From Mobula hypostoma (lineage: Eukaryota), in contig NC_086097.1 of NCBI RefSeq assembly GCF_963921235.1, positions 221,218,001 to 221,282,000 on the forward strand: a DNA stretch of 64,000 nt, in the 5' to 3' direction. Below, in pieces: positions 23,513-36,178 of the stretch; the stretch's first letter is position 1, and each line of letters starts with the position of its first letter. The translations under genes and the position numbers were made by a program. The notes beneath the pieces were generated by a model, which did not search any database, was not told the DNA's origin, and saw nothing but the letters and a program-made list of their open reading frames with translations.

Positions 23513-24726
23513 CGCCTCTTCCTATAGATGCTGCTTGGCCTGCTGCGTTCACCAGCAACTTTGATGTATGTCACCTGGAAGGACTGTTTGGGGCCTTGAA
23601 TGGTGGTAAGGGAAGATGAGAATGGACAGATGTAGTATATCTTCAGTTTGCAAGGATGTGTCAGAAGGGAGATTAGTGGGAAAGGATGAATGGAGAAGGG
23701 AGTCATGGAGGCTTGTGGGGTGATAGGTGAGGACAAGAGGAACTCTGTCTCTGTTCTGGCCATGGTGGATGTCTGGGAAATGGAGCAGATGTGGGTGAGG
23801 GCAGCATAAATGATTGAGAAAGGGAAACCAGGTTTTTTGAAGAAGGAGGACAGCTCTGATGTTCTGGAAAGGAAAGCTTCATCCTAGGTACAGATGTGGA
23901 AGAGATGGAGGAACGGAAAAAGAGGAATGGCAATATTACAGGTGACAGAGTGGGACGATAGCTGTGAGAGTCCGTAGGCTGATAAAAGACATCAGAGGTT
24001 GAAACAGAGCAATCAAGAAAGGGGTGCGAGGTGTTAGAAATGGACCATGAATTTAAAGGCAGGGCGAAGTTGAAAGCAAAGTTGATGAAATTGATGAGTT
24101 CAGCATGGGTGCATACAGTTATTAATGTAGCACAGAAAGAGTTGGGGAGATTCACCAGCAGAGGCTTGGAACTTGGACTGTTCCATGTAGCCAACAAATA
24201 GGCAGGCATAGCTGGGGCCCATGCGACTGCCCAAGGCCACACCTAGGGTTCGGAGAAAGCGGGAGGAGCCGAAAGAGCAGTTGCTGAGTGTGAGGATCAT
24301 TTGCACCAGACAGAGGGAGCTGTTGGTGGAGAGAACTGGTTCAGTCTGTTGTTAAGAAAGAAGCAGAGAGCTTTAAGGCCTTCTTGATAGGGGGTGGAAG
24401 TGTTCAGGGACAGGGCGTCCATGGTGAAAATGAGGTGATCAGAGCCAGGGAATTGAATGTTGTTGGAGAGATTGAGAAGTGCTGTGGATGTAGGTGGGAA
24501 GGGACTGAACAAAGGGTGGATATTCTACAAGACTAGTTGTATCTTACCTAGAGAAATGGGAGTTGAAACTTTTATTCTGTATTTGGATTTTGATTTACTT
24601 TGATTGCTTCCTCACAAAATCACAGCAGCTGGATATAACATGTGCATGATACCACCACGCTCCAATAGGATCAAATACATGACACCTTTGTTTCAAATAG
24701 ACGTCTTGGTCTTTATCAAGTATTAT

Positions 24727-27700
24727 TATCGGGCTTGCACAGGCAGGCATATCCCAGTCTCCACCCAGCTAGTGGGAGTCACCTGCCTCTCATTTCCAAC
24801 TCATTACCCATCGATCTAGCCAGCCTCAACAAGTTGCTCCGAGACTTCAGTTACCTTGTTGCCTTGTCATGCTAAGCATCTGTTCTCTCTTGTTTTGTGG
24901 CCCCTTGTGCCTGGTTATTTTGCAGTTTATTACTAAAATTATCACTCAGCACTAAATCATTTCCGCTGCTCTGTGTTTGTGCCGAGCCTCCTCTACATTT
25001 CCTGACAGGATAAGTGAGGCAGAGGTTGACCCAGCAGAGTTTGTTCACATAAAAGAAGTCATTTGCTGACATGAGTACATGGTCCAGAAACAGAAGGAAA
25101 CCATTGACCATATGTTCACCACTCTCAACCAAATCTTTTCCTCATTACAGCAATACCCTGCCAGGCAGCCTCCTCCCTTGGAGTCCTGGATTCTGGTGCC
25201 CGAATGCTTTGACCGATCTCTAACCTAATGCCACAACGGCCTGTCCCATTGCGTCTTGGATTCTGAGCTGCAGCCGTCTCTGTATTCTATGGACCAAGCC
25301 AAGATTGCCCTCATCATTTCTCTCCTGACTGGGCAAGTTCTGAGCTGGGCTGCACTATCTGGGACAATAAAAACACCATCTGCAATAAATATGAGGAATT
25401 CACCACTGGGGTTCACCGTGTTTTCAACCACCCAGGAAGTGGAAGGGAGGCAGTGGATTGGATAGTTTGCCTGCATCAAGTCTCGCACTTGTCCTGGATT
25501 GCACAATTGAATTCAGGACACTTTCGGCGAAGTGCAGCTAGAATACAGAAGCACTGCTGGCCCATTACCATCACGGCCTCTTGGATTACTTGAAAGACTA
25601 CCTGGGGGATGCCCACCCACCTGGAAAGCCACATCACTCTGGCCCTTCATATAGACAGGTATCTTGTGGAACGTCCTTCCATTTCGTCAGCCAGAAGCCC
25701 AGTTCTGTTCCCAGAACCATTTCAGGCTGCTGGACACTAATCATCAATGCCTCTGGAACCCATGCACGTAGGGAGAGCTCCCTTAACCTCTGTAGACTGT
25801 GAGCATCAGTGGAGAAGCTACTTGTGCATTTACTATGAAGCAGCCAATCACCCATGCATCAAATGCCTTATGTGTCCAGGGAAACATAACTGCCAGGTAG
25901 AGGTGACAGACCTTTTATCTGGTAAGCTTACCTTGGCCCCTCGTCCCAGCATGTAGCACAACGCACTCTCTCTGCCTTCCTCCACACCCCGGTGGCTCTA
26001 CACAGGATGTTCTGGTAGATCTCAGTCAAGTAGCTTGCAAATTTCTGGACCGGATTCTGTGTGTGCAGCATGGACCCCCTCCTGATCTTATCTCTTACCC
26101 CATCTGCAACACACCCTTTGACAGATATCCCTTGGGATCTGGGATGGTCAGAGTACGCACGCGGCCTGAGCCCATGGGCATTCGAGAGCACTGCAAGTCC
26201 ATCCATTTCCTCCTTATCGACTCACTCAATACTCCACTCACCAGGTTACACCTGGCTGTGCACCTACGATCCTCACTTCACTTGGTCATCTGGTTCACCG
26301 CTCAGTTGGGAACCCACCTGCCTACAACCACAGCTGACTTCACTCCGTAAATCCATGGAGGTGGAAGAAACCCTCAACCTCACCAAACCTCCCTCAGGAA
26401 TACCATGACTTAGCTATTGTCTTCAGTAGAAGGGGAGCCAGCACTCTTCTGCCTCTCAAACTACACAACTGTGTGATTGACCTCTTCCCAGGCATGACCC
26501 ACCCCCGAGGTTGTCTGTTCTCCCTCTCTCGTCTGAGACCAAAACCATGAATGTCGACATTCGATCATCCCAGTCCCCAGGCAGAGCAACATTCTTCTTT
26601 GTCAAAAAGGAAGATGGGAGTCTCCATCCCTGCATTGACTACCATGGACACAACCAAATCACTCTTAAGGACCTTTACCCTCTCCTCTTCATAGTTAGTA
26701 CATTTGCAGGACCTAGATCTGCATCAACCTGAATCTATGGAGCATGTACAACCTCATCCACATCTGCCAGGGGTATGACTGTACGTCGCCATTCATAATA
26801 CCAACTGGCCACTACGAATACTTGGAGGTGCCTTTCAGATTTTCCAATGGTCCAGCCACTTTCCAAGCCTTCACTCATGAGCTCCTCTGAGACATGCTAC
26901 GCAGTTATGTGTTCATCTACCTCATCTTCTCCAAGGACCCTCGTCACGTCCATTCAGCATCTTCTCGAAAACTAACTGTACTGCATGTTAGAGGAATGCC
27001 AGTTCCACACAGCAGTCATGTCCTTCCGAGGTTACATCCTTTTACCCCAAGGCATAACCATGGACCCAGAGAAAGTGCATGCCATCATTGAATGGCCCAG
27101 ACTATGCTCCTACAAACAACCACAGCACTTCTTGGGCTTTTCCAACTTCTACCGCCATTTCATCAGGAACTACAGCCAAATTGCCACACCCCTCACTTCC
27201 GTCACCAAATCACCTACCTCATGGATAACCCGGTCCAGTGCCACGGACCTCGCTTTTGAGGAGCTCAAGTGATGCTTCACTACCACTCCCATTCTCCACC
27301 ATCTGAAGCCTCCAAAACATTTTATGGTGAGGTAGACACATCTGACATGGGTGCCGGGTCCATTTTCTCTCTCAGCAAGGACCAGATGGGAAGAGACACC
27401 CGTTGTGCCTTCTTCTCGCGCAAATTCAACTCTATATGGCATTGTAATGGAGTAGAAGGCAGGGAGATACTTGCCATTAAATGGGCCTTGGAGGAATGAA
27501 GACATTGGCTGATGCAGAATTCTGAGCCCTTTTTGATCTAGACTAATCACCACAATCTCCTATCCATTCAGCGGACTTGCCAGCTCAACCAACATCCGGC
27601 TCTCTAGGCCCTCTTCTTTGAGCAATTCACCTTTTTGGAGCCAACGGTGGAGGCCCTGTCCACCAGGGCCCTGGTTTGTCTCTGCAGGAATGCTTGGAAG

Positions 27701-28527
27701 AGGAAACAGAGGACCACTCTGGTTGCCAATGTGCCTACTGCTACTAGGCCAACTGCTGGTGGCATTCATCCAGACTACTCAGGCCTGGGTCTGTGTCTGG
27801 CAGTCTGACTGAAATCTGCCCCTGTGCACCAACTCCTGCAAGCTCTCACCATGGTTTATCAGTCCCTTCAAGAGCACCCGTTGCATCAATCCAGTCACAT
27901 ACCATTTCCAGCTGTCACTGTCCCACAGGATCACACTTAACTTCCAATTGTCCTGCCTCAAGCCTGTTGTTCATGGACTACTCAACCAACCTGAACCTGC
28001 ACCTCTGGAACCTAGGATTGTGGAAGGGGGTCTAGTGTACACATTTCGCTGTTTGATGAATTCACGTTGTTGTGGATGGAGTGTGCAGTACCTGGTTGAC
28101 TGGGAAGGGTACAACCCAGAGGAGAGGTATTGCGTGCCGTCCAGTTTCATCTTGAATCCATCACTCAGTGAGGAGTTCCACCGGACACATCCAGATTATC
28201 CTGGTCTGACATTTGTCAGCCGTAAGAGGGTGGGTCCTGTTAGGCCTGCACAGGCAGGCACCTCCCAATCTCAGCTCAGCTAGCAGGAGTCACCTGCCAC
28301 TCATTTCCAATTTATCACCTGCATCCTATTTAAACCCAACTCTCATTCACAGTCCTTGTTCACCCATTGGGCTAGCCAGCATCAACCAGTTGCTCAAAGT
28401 CTTCGGTTACCTTTTTGTGTCAAGTACCTGTTCTCTTTTGTTTTGTGACTCCTTGTGGCTTGTTATTTTATAGTTCTTTGTTCAAGTTCTTGTTCACCGC
28501 TAAATCATCCCCTGCTGCTCTTTCACA
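24727..28527 (+). mobile_element. Decayed Gypsy/Ty3 chromovirus (sushi-like) LTR retrotransposon
   Basis: Diverged LTRs 24727-25007 and 28238-28527. Gag ELQPSLY..DQAKIALIISLLTG. RT IRSSQSP..FFFVKKEDGSLHPCIDY and FLGFSNFYRHFIRNYS. RNase H EVDTSD..CAFFSRK..EILAIKWALEE. Chromodomain QYLVDWEGYNPEER. Purine tract before the 3' LTR. Integrase core largely missing. Confidence 0.92.
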
Positions 28528-28788
28528 GGTTATCTTTGTTACTTTGGTGTACATACTATTCCTATAAATTATTAATATTTCCAAGTATGTTTAATTGGAT
28601 GCTATAGATATACCTTAATGCTTTCATTCAATCAAAGTCATCAAATGTGCAGAGTGGATTAACACCACAACAATTTAAGAATATTTTCTGCTCTTGGGAA
28701 TTTCATGTAAAAATGTGCAGTTTTTAGATAAGAAGGTGGACAATGCTGCTCCCATGTTTGGTATAGGAACTACAACAATGTCTTTTAA

Positions 28789-29578
28789 TAGAAACATAGA
28801 AAATAGGTGCAGGAGTAGGCCATTCGGCCCTTCGAGCCTGCACCGCCATTCAGTATGATCATGGCTGATTATCCAACTCAGAACCCTGTACCAGCCTTCC
28901 CTCCATACCCCCTGATCCCTTTAGCCACAAAGGCCATATCTAACTCCCTCTTAAATATAGCCAATGAACTGACCTCAACTGTTTCCTGTGGCAGAGAATT
29001 CCACAGATTCACCACTCTCTGTGTGAAGAAGTTTTTCCTAATCTCGGTCCTAAAAGGCTGCCCCTTTATCCTCAAACAGTGACCCCTCGTTCTGGACTTC
29101 CCCAACATCGGGAACAATCTTCCTGCATCTAGCCTGTCCAATCCCTTTAGGATTTTATACGTTTCAATAAGATCCCCCCTCAATCTTCTAAATTCCCACG
29201 AGTATAAGCCTAGTCGATCCAGTCTTTCATCATATGAAAGTCCTTCCATCCCAGGAATCAATCTGGTGAACCTTCTTTGTACTCCCTCTATGGCAAGGAT
29301 GTCTTTCCTCAGATTAGGGGACCAAAACTGCACACAATACTCCAGGTGTGGTCTCACCAAGGCTTGTACAACTGCAGTAGTACCTCCCTGCTCCTGTACT
29401 CGAATCCTCTTGCTATGAATGCCAGCATACCATTCGCCTTTTTCACCGCCTGCGGTACCTGAATGCCCACTTTCAGTGACTGGTGTACAATGACACCCAG
29501 GTCTCATTGCACCTCCCCTTTTCCTAATCGGCCACCATTCAGATAATAATCTGTTTTCCTGTTTTTGCCACCAAAGTG
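28789..29578 (-). mobile_element. CR1 LINE 3' fragment
   Basis: ALVRPHLEYCVQFWSPNLRKDILAIEGVQRRFTRLIPG... with a (TTTCTATG)-type tail. Same young family as 55331-56112. Confidence 0.95.
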
Positions 29579-29849
29579 TTTATTAATTATTAAGATATGG
29601 GTTTGAAAGGTGCAATTTGAAAATGTGTAGATGACACAAAGCTTGTAAGTATGATAATGAGTGATCAGTGTAGTAGGAGATCTGTAGGGGAATATGATCA
29701 CAAGTAGACAGATGCCAAATGAAATTTAATGCAGCAAAGTGTGAAGTGATATAAGTATTTTGGCAGAAAGAGCCGAACCAATGTTGACTCAAAGGGCTGC
29801 AGAATTAGAAGGGTCATGGCTTTAATTTGTACAGATCTTTGAAAATGAT

Positions 29850-30090
29850 TATTTCAATCCAAAAGAACAACTTTGTGATGTGGTGGAATGGGAGATTTGC
29901 ATCAGAAATGTGTAGCCCACAAATCTGCAGCAGCTGTGTGATGCTAACATGTCAACATGGACCAGAATCTCTAAGAAATCAGCTTGTTGAATCCATTCCA
30001 CAAAAAATTCATCCTGTTCTGAGAACAAAGTAAGCGGGGGTGGTGGGATCCTACCCAGTACTGGGATGGTGCAACTAATAAAGTGGACAT
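29850..30090 (+). mobile_element. Tc1-like transposon right-end fragment
   Basis: Translates as PTNLQQLCDA..STWTRIS...LVESIP..I..VL..K. Ends with a partial TIR CTAATAAAGTGG complementary to the TIR at 14085/14800. Confidence 0.75.
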
Positions 30091-30924
30091 TAACAAAGTA
30101 AATGCATTCCAAAATCTCATGAATAGATATATAGGATACAACTTGAGATGTTACTGGAATATCACTTTTTTTTCTGGTCAAAGCAGTTTCGGAGGAGTTT
30201 TTCAGGGCAATAGGCTTTCCAAAGTCACCAAGGCTCATGTACTGCACACATGAGGCTGTTACTGCGCTGGTAAATAGTACTTATTTATATTAACAGATTG
30301 GATGACACTTTCTTAGTAAACGAGCACAAGTATATAGTCCTGCATCTTGATGAAACCAATCTTGCAGTTGATAGGATGCGTATATAATGAGTCAATGGCT
30401 TGAGATTTAGTAAAGTGTTCAGTTAAATTATCTTCTACTTTGTAATTATAGTGATAATATGTCTCTGTTTACACTGTTCTAGATCCCTGTCTAGGTTTTT
30501 TGCCAAGTTTAGCAGATGCAGAAAAAACATATATCCAACTATTTTACTGGAGCTAGCGGTAACTGGGTTTTACAAAATGCAGTGATGGTTCTGGTAAAGA
30601 CAACCTTGGAAAATATTAATAATTTCCATCTGTGGTTCTGTACAGCACAGCTGCTACGAAAGCTAAATTTTGTGCACTTAAAAACCTGAGAGAATCTGCT
30701 TGCTCAGAGCAAAGAAGGCAAAGAGCGGCAACATACAGTCTATATAAACAGTGAATATTTACTCATAGTTCCACATAATAAATCACTGTTAACATAGAGT
30801 AGCCAGGGGGCCAGATACAGTATATACCTGCAGAAGTATGAACCACAGAGAGTCAGAGGTCGTGTATTAATTTATTCTGTCATCAATTTGCACAGAGGAA
30901 TGCACAACAAGGGAACGGTACCTT

Positions 30925-31365
30925 GTATTCCACCTTGGTAACCTCCAGCCTGAAGACATGAGCATTGACTTTGCTAACTTCTTGCAACTACTTCCCTCTC
31001 CCTTCCTTTTTTCCCCTTATCCCACTGGGCCCTCTTTCCCCTCTCCATCTGCCCATCATCCACACATTCATACCACCACTTCCTTCCATTTACTCCACGG
31101 TCCACTTTACCTTCCTATCAGATTTCATCTTCTTCCGCCCTTTTTGTCATTTCCCCCAATCATCTCCCTGCTTCTTACATAATTCCATCAATCCTCTCAC
31201 CTGGATCCACCAATAACCCACCTGCACTTGGTCCACCCTTCTGCTCCCCACCCCAGTGGCCCTCTTTCGTGTGAACTTGCCTTTGTGACCTGAAACGTCA
31301 ACTGTCCAATTCCCTCTGTAGAAGCCGCTTGACCCATTGAGTTGCTCCAGTGCTTCCTGTTTTGC
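30925..31365 (+). mobile_element. Old Penelope-like 3' end
   Basis: Encodes LGNLQPEDMSIDFANF, then a pyrimidine-rich pLTR and a degenerate CCTGAAACGTCAACTG. Confidence 0.75.
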
Positions 31366-31664
31366 ATCAACTTACATGTATCAGAGGTGTACAGCTCTTC
31401 ATCAGACCATCTGATGCATTTAATTTCTGGGTAAAATTGTTTATCCCATAAATTATTTTAAAACAGTTTAAACAAGAGTTATATCCACTTCATTAATTTT
31501 AATTTTTACATTTTTGAGTTAATTATAGAATCAAAGAACATGTACAAGTGGTCAGTCCATTGTGTCTGCATTGATTAAAAAAGAGACAATCAGCCTAACT
31601 CCACTGTTTAGGAAAAGGTCTGTATCCTTTGACCCATCAAATACATATTCAAGTACTTCGGTGC

Positions 31665-32560
31665 AATGGACAAGGGAATGGACATGATTTCCTTGTCCAT
31701 TCATCCCTCTCCACTAATCTCCCTTCTGGCAAAGACTCCTGCAAGTGACAGAAATGCTACACCTGTCCATTCACCTCCTCCCTCACCTCCATTTAGGGCC
31801 TCAAACTGTCCTTGTCGGTGGAGCAACACATCACCTGTGAATCTGCTGGGGCCGCCTATTGCAACCGGTGCTCCCGGTGCAGTTTCCTTTGCACTGGTGA
31901 GACCCGCCATAAATAGAGGGACTGCTTTGTCAAGTACCGCTGTTCCTTCTGCCAAAAGAGGAGTATCCTGGTGGGCAACCATTTTAATTCCTCTCCCCGT
32001 TCCCATTCCGACATGTCGGTCCATGGCCTCCTCTTTTGCCATGATGAGGCCGCTCTCAGGGTGGAGGAGCAAGACCTCATATTCCATCTAGATAACCTCC
32101 TACCTGATGGCATGAACATCGATTTCTCCTTCTGGTAATTTTTTTCCTCCTCCCTTCCCCCTTCTTCTATTCCCCATTTTGGCCTCTTACTTTTTCTAAC
32201 TATTTTGGCCTCTTACTTTTTCTAACTCATCTGCCTATCACATTCTCCTGGTGCCCCTCCTTCTTCCCTTTCTCCCATGGTCCACTCTCCTCTCCTATCA
32301 GGTTCCTTCTTCTCCACCATTGTAGATTTCCCACCTGCCCTGCTTCACTTATCACCTTCTAGCTAGTCCTCCTGCCCCTCCCCCTGGCATTTTAATTCTG
32401 GAGCCTTCTCCCTTCCTTCCCTGTCCGAAAGAAGGGTCGCGGCCTGAATTGTCAATTGTTTATTCATTTCTGTAGATGAATAAACAAATGCTGCCTGACC
32501 TGCTGAGTTCCTCCAGCATTTTGTGTGTGTAATTTCAGTGGTCATTGATTTTCAGGTTCT
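31665..32560 (+). mobile_element. Older Penelope-like fragment (GIY-YIG plus pLTR)
   Basis: Homologous to 22720-23570 (TCES...GET...HFNS...MSVHGLL...LRVEEQDLIFHL...PDGMNIDFS). Hammerhead core degenerate. Confidence 0.88.
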
Positions 32561-32699
32561 AAAAATGGGTCAAAGAATGTTTCCTCCATTGTCCTTTCAT
32601 TTTTCTACAAAGAATGAAATCTATGCACACTTCTTTTTGATCCCTCTACAAGAGGATTTCCTCTATTTAGGCCCAACATATTACAAACTTCCATTTGAT

Positions 32700-32900
32700 G
32701 GATGGTTCTAGCTATATAGAAACAGGAACGATCCCACTTTTGTTCCAATGAAAGCAATCCCAGTTTGTCCTGTCTTTCCTGGTTGCTATAATTTTCCAGT
32801 CCATAAAATATACTTGTACATCTCCGCTGTCCCACTCCAATGTAATCACATTGTCCAGACCTGAAACGAGTACTTTTGTTGCAGCCTAACTACTGTTACA
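32700..32900 (-). mobile_element. Old CR1 fragment
   Basis: Degenerate match on the minus strand to the ..VGQRR.T..GLENYS.QER.DKLGLLSLE region. Confidence 0.5.
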
Positions 32901-33759
32901 TATATATATATAGTAATTCTATATAAATTCTCTGTTTTTATATTTGATGTCTCGGCTAACGTAAGAACAAACCATCTTGTGTTTCAGTTTTGCCCAAAGC
33001 TCATTTAAAATCTTTTTGTCGGAACTGGTTTAATAATGCCTTGCCTTTTACTAAGCATATTTTCTACTGTCTATTTTATCAAGGCAGGTGAACGGCCACA
33101 AGTGGCTCGGATTAACTAGCTCTCCAGTGTTGTCCCAGGGTGTCCTTATCTTGAAGGTGAATCTTACTTCCCGCTATCAGCAAATAAAGAGAAAATTCAA
33201 TGGGGCATTCAAAACAAGTTATTAAATTTTCCTTGAAAACTTTTATTTAATTGCTTAAAAAATAAGTTTGCTGAGGTGAAAAGATTGGCTGGAGGCATCC
33301 AATCCTGGGATAACATTTCTTGGAATATGTTCAAACAAAGAAGGCAATGCTAGTCCTGTGGAAAGATAAAAGAAATTCAAAATTAAAAGATTCAAGTTTG
33401 AATATATCAAACAGATTATTTTAACAATTTGGAGCTATTGATGAGACAAACATAAATATTAATTGGAGGAATGCATGAAAACACTTCAGAGAAAGGTTGA
33501 TGATATTTGACCCATTTTCAAACTGCACAAGTAACTCACTGAGATGGTTGAAGTGCTGACTGCAGGCTCACACAGGCTTTCTGGATGATACATACTTTGT
33601 TCCTGTTTCTATATAGGTGGAATCATCACTCTGAAATTTCCTTCTGCACACATTAGACTTTGAAAATTGGAGTACAATGTAGAGCAGTTTTCAGGGTATA
33701 TGACATTGCCTCCACTTCTAAGGTTGGTTCTGAGAGGATCCCTCGTGCCATAACCTTCT

Positions 33760-35210
33760 GAACCTTTAGAACTTACAAAAGCTGGACTGAAGTCTTCCAC
33801 TCTGCCTTCATCATATTCTCAAATACTCAGTCAGATTTGTGATGCACAATCTCTCCTGCACAAAACCTTACCAAACCCTTATGGCCCTGCCTTTCCAAGT
33901 GAAGCTCCATTCTGTTGCTTATGAGATTGGTATGCTGATATTCTGGGGATTGTATGTATCAGGAAAGAAGAAGTGTTAGAAATATTTAAAATGCTAGAAA
34001 AATTTATTCAGTTTAGCATATGTCAGTTCCCTGGCCCTGATAGGAACTACCTCAGGATACAAAACGAAGCAGGGGAATCAATTGCTGGGACTCTGACAGG
34101 GATTTTTGCATTGTCATTATCCATGGGGAAGGTACCAGAAGACGGGAAGATAGCTAATGTCCTTCCAGCTCAACCTTCTCTCCCACCAACCCTTTGCTCC
34201 CTCTCTTCGATGACCCCAGAGGTTTGGTTCGGACCTGGACTCCACTGACATACGGTTCACTGGCTTGTCATTGCCAGGTTTATCTCTACTGCCCAGCATT
34301 TCTCACTTGTCCCATTGGCTTCCCCCCTAGCAGCTGCTCAGAGTCTACCTCCACCAAGTCCTAACTCAAGTGATTAAAACACAGTGGCAGCTTTAAATGC
34401 GGCAGGGTTTATTTGACTAGACAGCAGTATTATCAAAGTTTCACACTGAGCTGTGCAAGACAAGTGATCAAAATTCCAAGTATGAAAGAGGTTAACAGTA
34501 GACCTGGTCTGAACCAGACCCCTGGGGTCATGGAAGAGAGGGAACAAAGGGTTGGTGGGAGAGAAGAATGCGCTGGAAGGACCAGGAACAACATTAGCTA
34601 TCCTCCCAGCTTCTGGTACCTTCTCCATGAATAATGACGATGCAAAAATCCCTGTCAGAATCCTAGCAGTCGACTCCCCTGCCTCATTTTGTATCCTGGG
34701 GTAGCTCCCATCAGGGCCTGGGAATTGACATACTCTAAACTGAATAACTATTTTTAACACTTCCTCCTTCCTGAAATAGACAATCTCCAGCATATCAGCG
34801 TACCAGTCTCTTTAACTCTTCAATCCCTACATGCTTCTCCCTGATAAATACTGATGAGATGTAGCCATTTTGATTCTTGCTCATATCCTCTGAATAGATT
34901 ATCCCTTTGGACCTACTTTTTTTCTTAGCTAGCTTCTAAGATAGTTATAAATGGTTTTAGGATTCTTCTTAATCCTACTTGCTAGGGACATTTTATGGCC
35001 CCTTTTTTCCCTGAATTTCTTTCTTAAGTTCCCTCCTATATCCCCTATGAACCTCAAAGGAATTGTTTGATATCAATGTCTAATTTCTTGTTCCTGAAAT
35101 GCACTTCCTTCATTACCCTGATTAAAGCTTTGTAAACAAAGATTCCCTAGGCACAACATCGTTGCTTCTTACCTTACAGAGCCACAAGAACTCTGAACTC
35201 TTATTGTTAT
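33760..35210 (-). mobile_element. Old CR1 ORF2 segment rearranged by an insertion and an inverted duplication
   Basis: PGPDG.YPR...LTGIF..SL...VPE..RIANVVP occurs on both strands. GSRDKPGN..PVN lies at 34250-34295 (minus). Confidence 0.75.
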
Positions 35211-35289
35211 GCTCTTCAACATTTCTCACTTGTTGGTTTATTTTCTCCTCTAGAGAGAACAGCCTCTAAGTTAACATCAGCAAAACTGA

Positions 35290-36178
35290 AGAAATAAATA
35301 TCTAATATAGGGAGATGATGCTGAAGATTCATGCACCATTCCTCATTAGGTGAACAGATCTGGAGAGGGTCAGTAGTTTTAAATTTCTTTGGCATCAACA
35401 TATCAGAGGATCTTTCCTGGGCCCAGTACATAAAGTAAGTGTCATCATGACGAAAGCACATTAGTGCCTCTACTTTTTTGAGAAGTTTGTGTAGATTCGG
35501 CATGTCACCGAGAACTTTATCAAACTTCTATCGATGCACAGTGGAGAGTATCCTAAATTGTTGCATCACAGCCTGATATGGAAACATCAATGCCCAGGAA
35601 CAGGAAAGGCGACAGAAAGTGGTGGATACAGACCAGTCCATCGCAGGCAAAGCCCTCCCCACCACTGAGAACACTGACATGGAGTGCTGCTATGTGAAAG
35701 CAGAATCCATCATCTAAGAGCCCCCACCATCCAGGCAATGCCTTCTTCTCACAATGGCCATTGGGCACAGAGTACAGGAGCCTTAGGTCTCAAACCCCCA
35801 GGTTCAGGAACAGTTATTACACTACAACCATTAGGCTCCTGAAATAACTTCATTCACCATCACTCTGGACCGATTCTATGATCTACGCATTCAATTTCAA
35901 CGATTCATGTTCTCAGTATTTTTTTGGACAGTTAGTCTTCTTCTGCACTTTGGTGTTTGTCACTCTTGGTTCATGTACAGTTTTGTTGGTAAAATTCTAT
36001 TGTACTTCCTTTTTTCCTGTAAATGCTTGCAAGAAAATGATCGTCAATGCAGAATCGGGTTTGAGTGTCGGCACAATAATGTGGGCCGAAGGGCCTGTAA
36101 TGTGCTGTAGTATTCTATGTTCTATGTTCTATGTAACATAATCACACTTTGATAATAAATTAACTTTGAACTTTGAGT
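35290..36178 (+). mobile_element. Rex1/Babar-like LINE 3' fragment, with a small CR1 tail inserted at about 36050-36135
   Basis: FKFLGINISEDLSW, LYFLRSL, FYRCTVESIL..CITA.YGN, HHPG, RFRNSY. (TTTGAAC)n tail. Confidence 0.82.

Larger units (their letters stand above)
21107..23570. mobile_element. Young Neptune-type Penelope-like element with inverted arms
   Basis: Minus arm 21107-22450 carries RT (QTKGVAMGTRMGPSYA, FLRYIDD, PFLD), the Cys linker PCKRNKCYTC and a pLTR. Plus arm 22452-23570 carries the RT thumb, GIY-YIG (VIYCVRC..LLYIGET..RFAEH..VATHFN..LEEQHLIFRL...GMN) and a pLTR. TSD TCACCTGGAAGG at 21095-21106 and 23571-23582. Confidence 0.95.
20185..24515 (-). mobile_element. Older Penelope-like element (pLTR, GIY-YIG, RT) disrupted by two younger insertions
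   Basis: 20185-20815 is a decayed pLTR plus EN (HFNS..SVHGLL..LRLEMQH.IFRL). 23571-24515 is the linker and RT (TIQGPKQSFQV; GVALGSRMGPSYACLFVGY; FTMDALSLNT). Confidence 0.85.

Noticed and set aside
2169..23558. Recurrent MLVNAAGQAAS.. ORFs as a small gene family or CRISPR-like array
   Set aside because: They are antisense translations of dispersed Penelope pLTRs, with no repeat-spacer periodicity.
14085..30090. Tc1 left end at 14085 and right end at 30090 as one giant composite transposon
   Set aside because: Unique sequence lies between them, the transposase middle is missing and the right TIR is incomplete; independent fragments are simpler.
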